Assembly: GCF_964355755.1 (NCBI RefSeq)
Contig: NC_092670.1
Span: 36,940,388-37,004,387, forward strand
Direction: 5' to 3'
Length of the DNA stretch: 64,000 nucleotides
From: Antedon mediterranea
Lineage: Eukaryota; Animalia; Echinodermata
Shown: in pieces, positions 12,001 to 24,300 of the stretch
How positions within the stretch are numbered: position 1 is the stretch's first letter
Layout: each line of letters opens with the position of its first letter
The notes under the pieces: generated by a model
What the model was told of the DNA's origin: nothing
The model's input: the letters and a program-made list of their open reading frames with translations, nothing else
The model's database searches: none
Made by a program: the position numbers and the translations under genes

Positions 12001-13206
12001 AGATTGAAATGTTTCAATGGTTTTTTGTTGTGTCCAGTTTTTTCCATCTGTTTCATTACAATTCTCAATCCACTCTTATTGTCCTACGACCATTCATAAA
12101 TTAACTTATCCGTTGCTTGGATACACTATGAGCTCTGTCTACACCATCAAACCCCATGTAAACAAAAAATGTCATGTGCTATATATGGACACGATAATGT
12201 CATATCAGTACCATATTTGGGCACATCACACTTTTTTTGTCAAACTAGTTTGATAGTGTAGGCAAAGCTTAACATTTATTCTGATTGTTAATCATAAATT
12301 GGGTACCAATGTAAATGAAAGTTGCCCTCCAATTAAAAACCCCTTACATTAAAGTTTCCCTCCAGTTAAAGGCTGCTGCCTATCTTGTATAATTAGCTGA
12401 TACCTCCAATTAGAGACCAAAGACTACGGTTTTGGGCGGACCCAATTGAACATTTTCCTTCAGGATTTTTTAACAGTGGGATTTCTAATAATTAATATGT
12501 CAAAAATAGAAAACAAAATGTAGCTAAAAGAAGATTTTTTCAATTTTTTTAATAACCAGACTGTCTCTGTGTTTGGAAATATAACAATTGTTTTTACTAA
12601 GGCCTAATCAGTCTTTTATACTATGTTATGATACATTTCATTCCTGATGGTCAAAGTATCATATCTTATACATTGGTTTTTCACATTGCAATACTTTTGG
12701 TAAAAAGAATAATATCTTTCTATAATGTTATTTCTGCTCTTCTACTAGGCAACCACCTACGCCAAAGGTCAAAGTTGAACAGCTTCGTATTCTCCATCCA
12801 GACTTTTTGAGGTATGCATTCACACACTACCTGGATGCAAAATCTGCTAGGCCTACAACAGGTAAGATGGGATATTATATAGACTCATTACTGTACACTT
12901 TTTTTGTATATTATTGTTCTATAATACATAATCTGAACGTTATAGTCATATTATTCCTCTTAAAAATGAATGGCTTTTGTTATTTTAGGTGCTCTGGTTG
13001 TCTTCCTTGCGATGCATTTATGCGATGAAGTCAATATCTATGGTTTTGGCTACGATAAACGATTCACATTGCATTACTATGACACAGGTTTCGTTAAACA
13101 TACAGATGCTATGATGAGTGCCCACGACGTCGACAATGAACGCGTTCTTTGGAGGAAACTACATGAGGAAGGCTTAATTTCTCTTTTTAATAGAACATCC
13201 ATATAG
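1..13206 (+). CDS. GT29 sialyltransferase paralog 1, ST6GalNAc I/II-like (alpha-N-acetylgalactosaminide alpha-2,6-sialyltransferase-like), multi-exon, 5' end outside the window
   Basis: Phase-consistent GT-AG exons: <1-423, 1570-1741 (QCPNSY..LPFGF), 2170-2329 ([30 protein letters not shown], sialylmotif L), 2743-2854 ([13 protein letters not shown]), 9704-9813 or 10445-10551, 12749-12861 ([14 protein letters not shown]), 12989-13206 (motif [21 protein letters not shown], motif III HYYD, motif VS HDVDNE, stop). Exon sizes match paralog 2 (172 and 160 bp identical). Confidence 0.92.
1123..1301. mobile_element. Harbinger-like MITE family A (agcgtggttcccactag TIR)
   Basis: TIRs with TAA on both sides. 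Other copies at about 20812-20960, 44113-44243, 50143-50471, 57149-57247, 57348-57455, 57532-57690, 58708-58917, 61176-61362 and 61705-61884. Confidence 0.85.
2916..3445. mobile_element. Kolobok-like non-autonomous element, long subfamily
   Basis: TIR agatgtattgtccctt, TTAA-type flanks, highly similar to 31128-31675. Confidence 0.78.
3787..3945 (-). mobile_element. Penelope-like element terminal fragment with minimal hammerhead motif
   Basis: Near-identical to 16215-16372. Minus strand 3934-3898 reads GCA CUGAUGA AGGGCUAGUGUUGCCU GAAA GCUC UGC. Confidence 0.6.
4581..6701 (+). pseudogene. LINE ORF2, 5' part (endonuclease and N-terminal RT)
   Basis: Open frame to ...YQSTLSD. It joins in frame to 8209 ([11 protein letters not shown]) once the insert and one TSD copy are removed. 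Confidence 0.9.
6702..8201. mobile_element. Non-autonomous TIR DNA transposon, P-element superfamily-like
   Basis: Perfect 34-bp TIR catggattaaagaatagaaggatatgcatcgacg. 7-bp TSD gtcagac at 6695-6701 and 8202-8208. No transposase ORF. CANRG ends with a 7-8 bp TSD are the P superfamily signature. Confidence 0.88.
8209..9051 (+). pseudogene. LINE ORF2, 3' part (C-terminal RT)
   Basis: [39 protein letters not shown], open to the stop at 9051. Confidence 0.9.
9704..9813 (+). CDS. Sialyltransferase paralog 1, exon 5A
   Basis: Acceptor ttttctcctaaag, donor gtcagt. Encodes [36 protein letters not shown](R), phase 0 to 2, homologous to paralog 2 exon 5. Confidence 0.85.
10445..10551 (+). CDS. Sialyltransferase paralog 1, duplicated exon 5B (candidate mutually exclusive exon)
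   Basis: Acceptor gatctag, donor gtttgt. Encodes [35 protein letters not shown](W). It is 107 bp like paralog 2 exon 5, with the same phases and the shared FK-x-[YF]-D and PP motifs. Confidence 0.72.
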
Positions 13207-13224
13207 GAACACATATACATACAC

Positions 13225-13570
13225 TTCTATATAGACACATGTACACATCTATATAGACACATGTACACGTCTATATAGACACATGTACACGTCTATATAG
13301 ACACATGTACACGTCTATATAGACACATGTACACATCTATATAGACACATGTACACGTCTATATAGACACATGTACACGTCTATATAGACACATGTACAC
13401 GTCTATATAGACACATGTACACGTCTATATAGACACATGTACCAATTATATAGACACATAAACACGTCTATATAGACAAATGTACTGGTCTATAAAAACA
13501 CATGTACACATCCATATAAACTCATTTACACATCTATATAAACACATGTACACATCTATATGGACACATT
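13225..13570. repeat. 22-bp minisatellite just after the paralog 1 stop codon
   Basis: Unit tctatatagacacatgtacacg, about 15 copies, degenerating towards the 3' end. Confidence 0.92.
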
Positions 13571-16012
13571 TAAATCTTATATTACTTTTGAATTTCATCA
13601 AGGTCTTTTATGGTCCAGTGGTTAAGATTCTCATCATGTGAATGAGCCGCAGGTTCAAATCTTAAAAAAGGCCATGCAGATTTCTGATCAATTAATTTAA
13701 TTTTGATATTATTAATTTATATTACCATTTTATTGATTTATAAAAAAATATTCAGTGTATAAGTATAGCACGTATAGCAGAAATCATGAATACTTAATGC
13801 ATGAGCCTAAATATTTTCTATGTTAAAAGATTAAAAGAGAGGTAAACTATTGTTAAGATATAATAGAACATACCCCTCTAAATAGTCTCTTATTATAATA
13901 GAAATTGAAGAATCAACCCTTCAAATCCACAACCTTAAAGATGTATTGTCCCCCTGAAAAATAATTTTTGAAATTAGTTTTGTTTTTTATGCCATTTTAA
14001 TGTCACATAATAGTTATCCACTTGAAATTGAATCTAAACAAAATCTATTTACCTGAAAAAACTTAAAAAAAAAAACTGCCAGCCAATAGATTTTTGGTTG
14101 AATTTAACCATTTATTATGTTATTTTATAAGTGAAAACGTTGGGGTTTTTTTTCATTTTTTGTTCCACGGAAGTGATTAACTTTATTAAAACTACAAAAT
14201 AACCTGTTCAAAATCTGATTTAAATAATCTTCATTTTTTATGTTTTTGGAGGAAAATACATCTTTAAATATTATACCACTGGGAAACTGACTTGCAGAAA
14301 ATGTCCTAAATATTGCTCTAATTTATCTCATGATTTCTGCTTGAGTAAATAATGTAAGCAGCACAGAGTTTTATTTATCGTTTTTATAGTTAATTATTGT
14401 TACTTGTTTTCCAGGTATTTAGTTATGACTAATTATTTTGGAATATGGGTAACTTAAAAAAATAATGTAAACTTTTTAATTATATTTTAATTAATCAATC
14501 AAATTAGTGCAATAAGTGTATGTATAATATATTGTGAAGATTTCTAGGGAACATTTTAATCATATTATCATGTACAATTAAATGTACGGTAGTTAACATG
14601 TTTTTCCACATTACTTAACCTTTTTTTATTTATTAAAACAACAGGTCAAATTTATCAAACATACTTAAGATTAAAAATCATCTTTGTTTTAAGTCAATAT
14701 TGTTACTTAAGGCAGTTTTTAAAATAACCTTTTTTACTTTTTTTTCTTTGATCTTAGACGACGTATCTAATCTAATCTAATCAAAAGACTTTCGTCACTT
14801 TCACTTTAGCACTTAGGCCTAATTATTTTGACTTTGATAAATTAAATTGATAACTTAACAGTACTTTAATTATAACAAGTTTTCCGATTTTACATTCCAA
14901 AATTGTAATAGAATTATATTAATAAATAATTAATTTCTTTATTTAATAAATTTTATAACGAATAGCTTAAAGGTGTGTCAGTATATTGTAGGCCTAATAC
15001 ATTCTCAAATTGGGGGACACAGTGGAGTAACGACTATGAGTGCTTACTGGCTAAACCCAGGGGCCCCGGAGCTGGGGCAGTGCCCAGCGGAAAAAGAAAT
15101 TAAAATATGTCGAAAAGGGCCAGAGGCCTCCAGCGTTGGAGGGCCACTTAGGGTTCCTAAACCAGTCTAGGGCCTCATGCCTCTGCGTTACGCCATCCAC
15201 TGGGGGAACGTCTTGATCGTCAAAATCACGCGGCGTATTTTTTGCCGACGTCGTAGGTACGTATGCGATGCAGAAATCATGACATTCATTGTATCCGTTG
15301 TTTGTTCGATCGTTTAACCTTTAGCGGCGTAACGGCCATTGGGAGTGCGAGGACGGAGATAAACGGTGTACAAAACTGTCCTCTCTCTTTAATAAATTAT
15401 CAATTGATAACAAAAATTGATGGATTCATATATAAGGCGGGTCGGGGCAGGAGGTTATAATTGACACGATGGAGATAAACGCTGTACAAGGAAAACGTTA
15501 TTCGACCTCGATGATCTGTCCTCTTCCTTAATCAATATTATTGTAATGGTTTGAATTTGTATAGCGCAAAACAAAAATAGTCTCTATGCGCTGTTTAAGT
15601 GTAAAATGAAAGAAAGTGTTATTGTTAAATAAACAAGGAAAACTAATCCTAATAAACCGAACAAATTGATGACCAAGACAACAGAAAAAAAGTCCGAAAA
15701 CAGAGTCTCAGATCACCACACTATTTCACTAACTTGTCAAGACAAGCTAGCTATTTATTAGTCACAAGTGTCATAATGATGAAATAATGACAACAATAAA
15801 ATGAATAAAATATAATGCATATAATAAATTCACCGTCACACAGAACGACGTCAAAGTGAGTCTTCAAGTGAGCTTTGAAGATCGAAACGTCAGATATAGA
15901 TGTAGCACCGTTTTACATATGGTCCTGTTTATAGAAAATAAAAGTTTAATAACATGCATACACATTCTTTATTAACAATACAAAAAGAAATATATATAAA
16001 TCTAAAGGAAAA

Positions 16013-16372
16013 ATACTAAAATGACAATGCTGTGGGTATCAGTGGTTGGATCTCAATGGAGATACAAAATAAAATAAGCATTGAAAAAATGACAATGCTC
16101 TGTGGGTATCAGTGGCTAGATCTCAATGGAGATATAAAATAAGCACTGAAAAAATGACACAATGCTGTGGGTATCAGTGGCTGGATCTCAATGGAGATAC
16201 AAAATAAAATAAGCATTGAAAAAATGACAATGCTCTGTGGGTGTATCAGTGGCTGGATCTCAATGGAGATACAAAATAAGCGAAAAGCCAAATCAAAACG
16301 ATAAAGTAAAACAGCCAGAAAAGTTAGCAGAGCTTTCTGGCAACACCAGCCCTTCATCAGTGCAAGTGAAAG
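16013..16372 (-). mobile_element. Penelope-like element terminal fragment with hammerhead motif and four ~65-bp tandem units
   Basis: aatgacaatgc..gtatcagtggctggatctcaatggagata x4, followed by the same hammerhead core at 16363-16327. Confidence 0.6.
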
Positions 16373-18305
16373 TACTTGGACAAGATATATAGATATATCA
16401 GCTAAGCGCTGCCTGAGTGGACAGGATATATTAGGCCTATGTACATTTACGATAAAAGAATTGAAAATACAAAAAGGAATAAAACAAATTAGTAATTGAC
16501 CTAAACAGCACGACGGATACCACCTCTGCCGATTGATTATTGGCACATAATGCCGGGATGAAGGCCGGTTATTGCATAGAGATATTATAGTGAACACTTT
16601 AATATCTCTATGGTTATTGGCATCTTGGCTGGGCGGAATTATCAGTACTGTAGTATTATAAATCACAGTTTGTGAAGAAGCGACCTCGCCGCGGATAATC
16701 CAACTGGCTTGTGGTAGTACGGTTTATAGAATTTACTTAATTAATTATATATTCTGTTTTACGGTGCAAACTATCAAACACAATAACGATTAATCGATAT
16801 TATTTTGTTTTACGGTGTAAATTATCAACACGTGATCAACACATAATAATTTTACACTTGTCGCGTTAATAAATAAGTTTTTGCTTATAAAATGATTCTA
16901 TTGATGATAATTATGATGACAACAGCTGGTTATCCAATATATGTTCGAAACTAATAAAGTAATGTATCGACAAAATTGACAATTCAATTTTTATGAACAA
17001 AACATATCACGTTGTGTGGTATAAAAAAGTTGGAATTGGTAATTATATTATAATAATAAGGTTTTTCATAGTTATTTTAATTGTTAGTGTACGTAATAGG
17101 CTACAGGAGGTACGGTAAAAACAATTAAGATTGTATAGCGCCGCTATTGGTAAAACCTCGTACAGTATCTTAGATTACCGTTTTTAGTATTCGAATATTT
17201 AAACGCCCCGCTATGAATAAACGCCTACTTTGAATAAACGTAATTATTAGTCCTACAACATTTCTATTTGTAGTAGAATTTATTGATTTACATGATTTCT
17301 ACTACAATACAAATACAAACAAGAAACGGTGATAACATTGTTAGGCCCACTGTATTTTTTAAACTTGGGGTATTCATTTTTGGTTATACTGTTACCATAT
17401 ACACTAAAAAAAAAGAAACGCCTCCCCTTCGAATAAACTCCCGCCTCCCTAAACACCCTGCTCCACTCAGAACAATAAAATCCCCCGGGCGTTTATTCGA
17501 ATAAATGCGTAGGCCTACTAACTGCTGCTCGCTACTCGATTTAATAAAACTTTTTTGCATAGTTTTGACGGTAGAGGGAGCAATTCGTAAAATTTTTAAT
17601 ACACTTTTTCTATCGCATACACGTCGTCGCAACACAACAACTCGAAGATTTTGTTGTTTTCTTGTAAGTTTTCTTGTTTTCTAATAATTGTTTGTTTATA
17701 AAATATATTAATTAATATAATAATATTGTTCTCTTTATTTCCTGTTAATTGTATGTGGAAATGTTTTACAACTTCTTGTGTTAAACCTTTCACGACTCAT
17801 GCACATGCCCAGACCAGGCCTAGGCCTACCTAGGCCTACTTACTAGGTAGCTAGGCCTACATTCCACCAGTACCCGTGCACTAATTAGGCTAGAGGGTAC
17901 AGTAGGAAGGGACTAGGCCTAGTCATGGCATAGGCTTGACCCTGGTTGGGGCTAGAATCCTAATAGTAAGCCTAGTAGTTACTTCTGGAATAAAAAGTAA
18001 AGGAAAGGGATTTGAATTTTCTTGATTGATTGATATGATAATTATTGACCTCATGTTTAATTTATTAATATTAGAAAATTATTCTCCTAGCTAGCTAGGC
18101 TACAACTTTTAAGTGTGATTCTGTGAAACCTCTGTCTGTGCAATGGACTGGTGGTGCAAGAGATTGACTTTTGTAATCAGTTTAGTCATGACATAGAAAG
18201 TGATGATCCATTTTGTTGATTTTTGTCATTTCAGAAGTTGCAATAATGAATTCCAGTTTTTGTTGATGAGTTTTCCAAGAATTGAAGACAAACTAATTTT
18301 TAAAG

Positions 18306-21300
18306 ATGTTTTCTCGAATGCTGACAAGATCTCGGACACGGATACCAGCGATTATTTTATTTTTTATAATTCTATATGTTTTTGTAAATTTAATAAGTAA
18401 TAATTGGACTGCAATGTTCCCCATTGGACATCATTCAAACAAAGCAGAAAAAGCCAACATTTTATACAGAAAAAATAATCAGAATCAAGACGGGCAGCTG
18501 AATGAAATCTCCATACTTTTAGCAAAAATTAACGAAAGATTAAATATACAAGATCTTTATAATCAATCGCAAATATCTAATAATAGGCCAATTAATGATA
18601 ATAATAATACAGCTGTTAAGACTGTAAAGAAATTTAACATTTTCGCATCAAACAAAGTTAAAGAAATTAAAAAATTGCCACCTGATCTCAAAACACTTTT
18701 AGAAGAGCCTAAGGACAAACCACCACCGTATGCAAAAGTGAATGCTTCGTTCCTTCCATTTTTAAAAGATAAAAACTATATTCCATCGGTAAGTAACGTT
18801 TTGTTTATCAGTAATTGAATACAGGCGACACTTTTGAAACCCTATAAAATATCCATATACAGATTAGGTTGGCCATAGTGTTTTAAAAGAAATATTTTAA
18901 CTCTGATACCCTTGTAACAAGTTGTAACCATGTTTGCATAGTGCTATAAACAAGTAAAACAAGAGGACAGTGTTTTTGTTGCGAGTTCTTACTGCACGCC
19001 CGTGTATTGCCCTGGTATTAACTGGCCAATCATAGTAATCAAATAGCGTGCAACTAATTCGTTCCTCCCGAGATTTCACAAGGTTTGCAAACGTGTGTGA
19101 AAACAGAATAAGTCGAGAGATCAAACCTGGTTACAACTTCTTTAATACAAGTAACAATTTATACAGATGTGAAAAGGAAATTAGTGTTCGTTTCATGGGA
19201 AAATGCATAGAGTTAAAAATAAGAACTTTTTTCATGGGAAAGTCAAGTGAACGGGAATTCTATGATTAGGTAGATTTCACAGTTTTATTATATTAATTTA
19301 AATGGAATGTCATTTGAAATGTCATAATAATAATAATATAAAAATTATATTATATTCTGTGTCAACTGTATTTACTTACTTATAATTAGATGTGTTTACT
19401 TCTTACAGTATAACATAGGTTTGGATATGCAATAAATTAGCATAAATCACATAGCAAAATTATATTATGTTCTGTGTCAACTGTCCTTTAATTGCAGTAC
19501 ATTTCAATTAAATGTGTTTACTGCTTATAACATGGGTTTGAAGACGAAATGAATTAGCTAAAATCAATATCGCCTGCTGCAGTTTCCATTCAGTATCTCA
19601 AATTATTGTTTGATATTGATTTTCTTTCAAGTTGCTGTCTTCTTGTACATTCTCATTCTTTCAGCCAATATTATTGTTTCCTTATTCATTGTTGACACAA
19701 GATTTTTGCTTTTCAGAATCTTTTATAAGAAAGCACAGTAATCCTTACCCTGTTTCTTTTTATCAATCTCAATGTATACAGTATTAAAACATTCAGTTCA
19801 TCATAATTGATTTTCAAATATTGGATAATCACTAATATAGGCATAATTGTGACTACATGTGATTATTATTATTTTATTATACACAACAATTATTTATATA
19901 AATTTTTATAATTTTATTTATTTTAAAGAAGTACAGTATTGTCCCCCAAAATCATGAAAAAAAATATTATAATCAGACTTTAAATAAATTCTCCAATTTT
20001 AATGAAATTAATGACTTCCATAGAAAAAAAAAACCAAAAAAAAAATATGATTTAATTTCCAATATTTCAAAAGCAAAATAAACAGTTAAATTTAAACCAA
20101 AATTCTGACAGCCAATATGGAATTTTTTTGCTTAAAAGTTTAGTTTTTTCAGGTAAAAATTTGTTTGCCCATCAAAGTGAATAACTTCTATGTGACAATG
20201 ACATTAAAATAGCATATTATTCAACAAAAATATTTAACAAACTCTTTTTTTAAGAGGGGGACCTATAATAAATAATATAACTTTTAAAATAATTAATATG
20301 TTTTTGTTTTTTTTTGCTTAGACTTGTCCTAAAACGGTCTTACAAATTACAAAATATTCCAGTTGGTTTCGGGATCGGTTTATTCCGGACATAAAACTGT
20401 TTATGGATGCAGAGGACGTGAATGACTTCACTAACTTTTACAAGTTGGCGCATTATCGTTCTCCATTTGGGTTTCGGTCTGTTACGAGAGAAGGTTTGTA
20501 TTTTTCGTCGTTAGGTAATTTCCCGATTGATCGTAATCAAAACGGTACTGTGCTTAGTCTACTAGCGTTAGTATAGTCGTTATCTCGGGACCGTTGTATG
20601 GCCACCACCAGGTAGGCTTACTTCATCAAGGCTTCTATGAATGGATGTACTGGTTGGGAGCAGGAACGCTAGTAGACCAAACCCAGTACCGTTTTTGATT
20701 ACGATCATGTGGGAAATTACCTCACAAGGTTTGCATTTTTTCAATCTTTACCAGAATGACGAGCAGTGACGTAACACAGGGAGCAAAGTCCCCTTTGTTT
20801 AACTCTTCTAAAGCGTGGTTCCAACGAGAGACGCAGTGCAAGGACGTACGCGTAAACGCAAGCGAGTTGACAAATGACAAGCCACTGTTCGAATAATTCA
20901 TCCCTTGTAATTGGTCGTTGCATTACGTCCTTGCGTTGCGTCGCTAGTGGGAACCAAGCTTAAGGGGTGCGCCAATGCTACAGTAGGTAATTGGATTGGG
21001 CTGCTCATAATCTAGGGCCCCTGAGTTTAGCCAGTGAGCATTCATAGCCGTTATGCCAGTGATGGCGAGATGTTATGTTGTTTTTAACTATATAATATTA
21101 ATAAACATCATAATCAATGTAATCCCTTATGGTCATTGACGTACTTTAATGACATGTTCCTAAACACGTTTTACACTTTGTAAATCTAAATTGATTTTTC
21201 AGTATCAACATTTTTAATTAGTATACAGTACTATTATCAATGTTAATCTTTGTACTTATGTTATCATGTACAGATAATTATTCAAGTTGAACCCATACAA

Positions 21301-24300
21301 GTATGACATGAGAATAATGACAGTTATATATTGTGATGTGCTATAAGTCCTCAATCATTATTCACTAGTGTAATATTTTCTTTTTGATGGAGCAACCTTT
21401 TTTATTTGTTTTTCTTGATAGACATTCTGCATGTTATATAGGATTCTTATAAGTAAATAAATAAATACATTTAAATTAATACTATTGTGTATATTATAAT
21501 GCTAAAAATAAAATAAATTAAAACCTTGATAAATATATTTAAAATACTAGTGACCTAATTAATGATACTTTGTTCTGATAAAATGAATGAAGAAATGATC
21601 TATTTTTTATGACATTGCAATATTGTTCTATTGGATAAATTTTAATAATTAATGTACAGCTTATTTTTTTTTTTTATGCATATTGTCAATTTTTCTGTAT
21701 TTTTTTCTCTGTAATGTTTAAATTTTTTATTATATGTACTACAATAATTTCAGACTTGTTCTGCTTTTTGTAATGTTTTTTATATACCTAAATAAATAAA
21801 GAAATAATTCCTATATACTAGCCCATCCATACATGCCAGTTGTTGACGAGAAAACAAATTATCACAATTTTGGTTGTAATCTAATAAACTAAATTGATTG
21901 CATTTTTGTCAAGACCGTTTCATTTAATAATATCCTGGTTATGTGCATTATGAGAAAGGCCTTTTATGTCTCATCAATGGATACAAACTGAGGATTTTTA
22001 CTCCAAGAGATTTTTAATTTAATTACCAGTTTGTGGTCCATGGGCTATTGTATTTTTATTGTATTGTATTATTATGTATATTAGTTAAAGTACTTTGTAT
22101 CTGTACATTTGATTACGAAATAAAGAATAAATAAATGAATTTAATAATCACTATCTCTTGCAGTTCTCGGAAATATTCTAAACAATCCAAATTTCACCAA
22201 TCCATTGTTACAACTACGAGATAGCACGCAGAAGTGTGTAAGTTGTGCCGTCGTCGGGTGTGGTGGAATACTAAATGGCTCGAAAGCAGGTGCGGAGATC
22301 GACAGTCATGATGTTGTGTTCAGGTAAAAAAGTGTAGTGATTAGTAAAACTGATGACGCACCCAAAAATCCACAATACATTTCTTTATATTCTTCAACAT
22401 GATTGTAAAAACACTTTGTTGTACATGCCTTGTCTCTGGAGGCGTGTTATTTTATTGTTATTTTTTACTGGGTAACCCCTTCAGACAAAGACTGGTCTCC
22501 CAAAAGGCCCAGTCATGATCAGTGGCTGTAGTACACCGGGATAATCCCCTACACATCTCGAAGATGTACTATGTGTGAGTGTGATCACTCACTTAACAGT
22601 AACAGTAATAAAATTACCCTGAGATGTGTGATTTACAACACAGTTAAATTTAATTAACTTCTATCTACACACTACAGTAAGATACAAACAGCACACCCAG
22701 CACCACCACCGTTTTCAAAAAATGGCCCTAGTTGGTGAAGAAGTGAATGGCACTAAACAGTAGATTCATTAATATGACGGCGACCCAGAGTCGTGGGTCC
22801 AAGTCCTCTCTGAAGTCAGGAATTCTAATTTCCAATTCTTTAACCCGCATATTCAAACCATAAACAATTTCCAGTGTATGATAAGATAATAATTCATACA
22901 TTTTTTAATTCAAAATTTGGTATGATAATTTATGTTTAAGCATTCACTTCACAAAAACAGTCAGATTTTATTACTCTTCACAAAAAATAGACGATATTTA
23001 ATGACAGAATTTTATTGTATTAATAATAATTTTATTTTTTGTTACTTATCCTTATTGAAATGCAAATTGAAAAAAAACAAAATTCAATGTAATTGAAATA
23101 GATTGAAATTCCGAATATTTTGCTTAATATATGCAGATCTATGTTTTTGATCACATGTTACAATTTGTCTTTGATTTTAGACTTAATCGAGCTAAATCAA
23201 GTGGACGTTTCGCTAAAGATGTTGGCAGAAAAACCACTTTTTACACCTTCTTTCCAGAATCTCAACATATAGCCGATGTTGAGGATAAGGTACTTAACAA
23301 AATTATTGCAATTACCGACAAAAATAAGAGCGTAATAAACTTCAGAGATAACCTTAAGGCCAATTCAGACAACATTGTACGACAAGGCCCAATGAAAAGT
23401 CCTGACTTGTCGGCGCTGTCTGAGTTGAATCCCGACGAGTTGTTTTGAAATAGTGTCGGCCATAAGTTTAGGTTGCCGGAAGAACTTTAAACATGTTTAG
23501 TTTTTTTCCCGGCGAGACGACTCGTACATCGGGCCTCGTTGTACTACACCGTCTGAGTTGGCCTTTATACAATCTGGTACCGGTTCCTAAATTACGAAAC
23601 GTCCAAAACCTGAATGATATAAGCATGGACAGATGCTTGTCATGCTCTATATACCTCATTTCTTTATTAGTTCAATGTGAAATTTCATCTGTGCATGATT
23701 TTGATTTTGATTTTGAAATAATATTGATTTGTACTTTCATTAAACTTTAATTCATTATGTGCTGTTTCGACTGATGGGTCATTCACAAGATTGATTAAAT
23801 CACAGGCTAATTAAAGATGTATGGTCCCCCTGAAAAAATAGTTATTTAAATTTTTGTTGTTGAATATGACATTTTAATTTCACATAATTATGCATTTTGA
23901 CCAAAAATTAGATCGAAAAAAAAAATGATTTACCTGAAAAAATTGTAATTTAAAGCAAAATATAGTTAAATTGGCTGCCAGCCAATGGATTTTTGGTTGA
24001 ATTTAACTATTTATTTTGTCATTTTATAAGGGAAAACTTTTTTTACTTTTTTTTTTCTACAAAAGTGATTAACTTCATTAAAACTACAAAATTACCTTTT
24101 CAAAGTCTGATTTAACTAATCTTCATTTTTCATGTTTTTCGGGGACAATACATCTTGAATAAATCATAGGTTAAGAATTTTGATTTGGTGTCAAATCCTG
24201 AAATTAAAAATTAATATTACGCTATTCTAGTTTTATCGAATTTACTGTGTGAACTACACCGGAGTAAGATTAAATACTACTCCTCATCAAAGAGTTCTAA

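Noticed and set aside
13602-13674. tRNA-like sequence with A and B boxes
   Set aside because: The T-stem does not pair and the anticodon loop is non-canonical. At most it is a decayed tRNA-derived SINE head. A similar remnant lies on the minus strand near 50805-50875.
15870-15895. tgaaga..gaaacgtc resembling a hammerhead core
   Set aside because: No CUGA start and no room for stem II.
16109-16666. 185-aa minus-strand ORF
   Set aside because: It runs through the tandem units and repeat fragments, starts at a non-ATG codon, and shows no domain signature.
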